A stretch of DNA of 55,896 nt. Origin: Microgenomates group bacterium GW2011_GWA2_44_7. Its GTDB lineage: Bacteria > Patescibacteriota > Microgenomatia > GWA2-44-7. The notes under the pieces are model-generated. The model did no database searches. It was not told the origin of the DNA and was given only the letters and a program-made list of their open reading frames with translations. The position numbers were made by a program, and so were the translations under genes. This document shows, in pieces, positions 54,573-55,896 of the stretch. The stretch is taken from NCBI GenBank assembly GCA_000999595.1, contig LCJH01000008.1, positions 1 through 55,896 on the forward strand, written 5' to 3'. Each line of letters starts with the position of its first letter. Position 1 is the first letter of the stretch.

Positions 54573-54654
54573 ATGATGAACCAGCGTAAGAGTAAGTCCA
54601 GGTAGACACTTTGATTATACCTTTTGTCATAAGAACCCAAACTTTAGAGTACAA

Positions 54655-55389
54655 ATGGAGATATTTGATTTAAAAACAACATTGCCTTTAATCGGGTATT
54701 TCGGCATATTCTTTATCGTGTTTGCAGAATCCGGGTTGTTCTTTGGTTTTTTTCTCCCCGGAGACAGTTTACTTTTCACCGCCGGTTTCCTAGCTTCCCA
54801 AGGGATATTCGATATCGGGACTTTAGCCGTGATCTGCTTTTTGGCAGCGGTACTGGGAGACAGCGTTGGCTACACCTTCGGAAGAAAAGTGGGAAAGAAG
54901 CTATTTACAAAAGAAGATTCTTTTCTGTTTCACAAAGACCACCTAGTCAAAGCAAGACTCTTTTATGAGAAGTATGGCAAGAAAACGATTTTTCTTGCCC
55001 GCTTTTTACCTTTTGTAAGAACATTCGCCCCAATTGTCGCCGGAGTGGGGCAAATGCATTATCCAACTTTCTTAACTTATAATTTGGCAGGAGGTTTAAG
55101 CTGGGGAGTGGGTATCACCCTTGCGGGATTTTTCTTGGGAAGAATAATTCCAGGAGTTGATAAATACTTGCTCCCGGTAATCGTGGTTATTATTATCCTA
55201 TCTGTGTCACCAACCATTTATCACCTATTGAAAGAGAGAAACGCAAACAGCAAAACGAATCCTTGTCGCTTCCTTAAAAAACCTTTTAAGAGTCGCAAAA
55301 CCATTATCCAGAAGTGCAACGACTATTTCACCGTTATGTGCAGTCTCTGTTTGTTCAACAACGACATAGTCATCGGGAAGAATACCTGA
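54655..55389 (+). CDS. dedA: DedA-family membrane protein (3' end uncertain)
   Basis: VFAESGLFFGFFLPGDSLLFTAG, ARFLPFVRTFAPIVAG. After ~55256 the frame reads through sequence antisense to lexA, so the last ~45 codons are probably not genuine. Confidence 0.7.
   Translation: MEIFDLKTTLPLIGYFGIFFIVFAESGLFFGFFLPGDSLLFTAGFLASQGIFDIGTLAVICFLAAVLGDSVGYTFGRKVGKKLFTKEDSFLFHKDHLVKARLFYEKYGKKTIFLARFLPFVRTFAPIVAGVGQMHYPTFLTYNLAGGLSWGVGITLAGFFLGRIIPGVDKYLLPVIVVIIILSVSPTIYHLLKERNANSKTNPCRFLKKPFKSRKTIIQKCNDYFTVMCSLCLFNNDIVIGKNT
55157..55255 (+). repeat. 99-bp exact direct repeat, copy 1 (dedA 3' end)
   Basis: Identical to 55798-55896, offset 641 bp. Confidence 0.9.
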
Positions 55390-55779
55390 GTCAATCATCG
55401 AAGTACCCTTAACCTGGAGAACAAAAGCTCTTTTTTTACCGGAAATCATACTTGACGGGATATTGGTAGTAGCGTTTGGATCAGTATAAGCTTCGATGGG
55501 CTGACCGGCGGCGATGTATCCTAGAATCGGTAGCTCAATACCTGTAATAGAATCTTTGATGTTTTTACCGACAACCTGGATGCCACGAACCGCTCCTTCA
55601 TATCTTTTAAGCACCCCCTTCTTTACCATCGTGGCCAGATGTTCATGAACAGTAGCGAGCGATTTTACACCCAAGGAAGCAGCAATTTCTTGGAGGGTGG
55701 GTGAAAAACCATTTTTTTGGATGTACAAAGAAATAAAATCAAGAATCTGGCGCTGACGACGATATAAGGTGACTGGCAT
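55225..55779 (-). CDS. lexA: LexA-like repressor, C-terminus apparently truncated at a repeat junction
   Basis: N-terminal wHTH (RQRQILDFISLYIQKNGFSPTLQEIAASLGVKSLATVHEHL), S24 Ser (VKGTSM) and Lys (TLKR). The last 10 codons (RFAVCVSLFQ) lie in the antisense of the dedA 3' repeat. Confidence 0.7.
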   Translation of the reverse strand: MPVTLYRRQRQILDFISLYIQKNGFSPTLQEIAASLGVKSLATVHEHLATMVKKGVLKRYEGAVRGIQVVGKNIKDSITGIELPILGYIAAGQPIEAYTDPNATTNIPSSMISGKKRAFVLQVKGTSMIDSGILPDDYVVVEQTETAHNGEIVVALLDNGFATLKRFFKEATRIRFAVCVSLFQ

Positions 55780-55797
55780 ACGTGAAATTAAAGGATA

Positions 55798-55896
55798 TTG
55801 ATAAATACTTGCTCCCGGTAATCGTGGTTATTATTATCCTATCTGTGTCACCAACCATTTATCACCTATTGAAAGAGAGAAACGCAAACAGCAAAA
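55798..55896 (+). repeat. 99-bp exact direct repeat, copy 2, terminating exactly at the window end
   Basis: Identical to 55157-55255. Ends at the last base of the window. Confidence 0.9.

Overview
The gene content, the small and tightly packed genes and several oddities suggest a reduced-genome bacterium. My guess is Candidate Phyla Radiation / Patescibacteria (Microgenomates-like); this is inference only.

**Layout**
- 1-16.3 kb (+): a division/cell-wall (dcw) cluster, mraZ-rsmH-ftsL-like-ftsI-dgkA-like-mraY-ftsW-murG-ftsQ-like. It ends in one uninterrupted ftsA-ftsZ fusion ORF. Then come a T-box leader with ileS, rodA, rplU, rpmA and parB.
- 16.3-24.4 kb: lepB, tRNA-Val, a large secreted C39-like protein and a surface-glycan cluster. 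The cluster has two GT2 genes, a GT-C-like membrane protein and a frameshifted O-antigen-ligase-like gene.
- 24.4-30.9 kb (mostly -): an accessory stretch carrying three tRNAs (Thr, Gly, Asp). It holds small unrelated genes: cupin, HAD, an ANT(6)-like nucleotidyltransferase, an EEP nuclease/phosphatase, GIY-YIG and LysM.
- 30.9-55.9 kb (+): polX, lemA-htpX, gatC-gatA-MFS-gatB, dnaE, rplS, yraN, lgt and a holA remnant. A sugar-phosphate/lower-glycolysis block follows (PMM/PGM, PGI/PMI, ppsA, eno, gpmI), then rsmI, dedA and lexA.

**Most notable observations**
1. The FtsA-FtsZ fusion.
2. A four-copy GC-rich intergenic element that sits 5' of each of four consecutive accessory genes.
3. A GIY-YIG ORF bracketed by a 34-nt duplication of the 5' half of tRNA-Gly.
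4. A tandem pair of repeat units after tRNA-Val. Their flanks and GGAGA loops are conserved but the hairpin stems are entirely different.
5. A recurring -10-like hexamer 6-8 nt before start codons, suggesting leaderless mRNAs.
6. A dnaE that lacks a normally invariant block.
7. An exact 99-bp repeat that ends at the window edge, probably an assembly artefact.

No CRISPR array, rRNA gene or recognisable transposase/integrase was seen.
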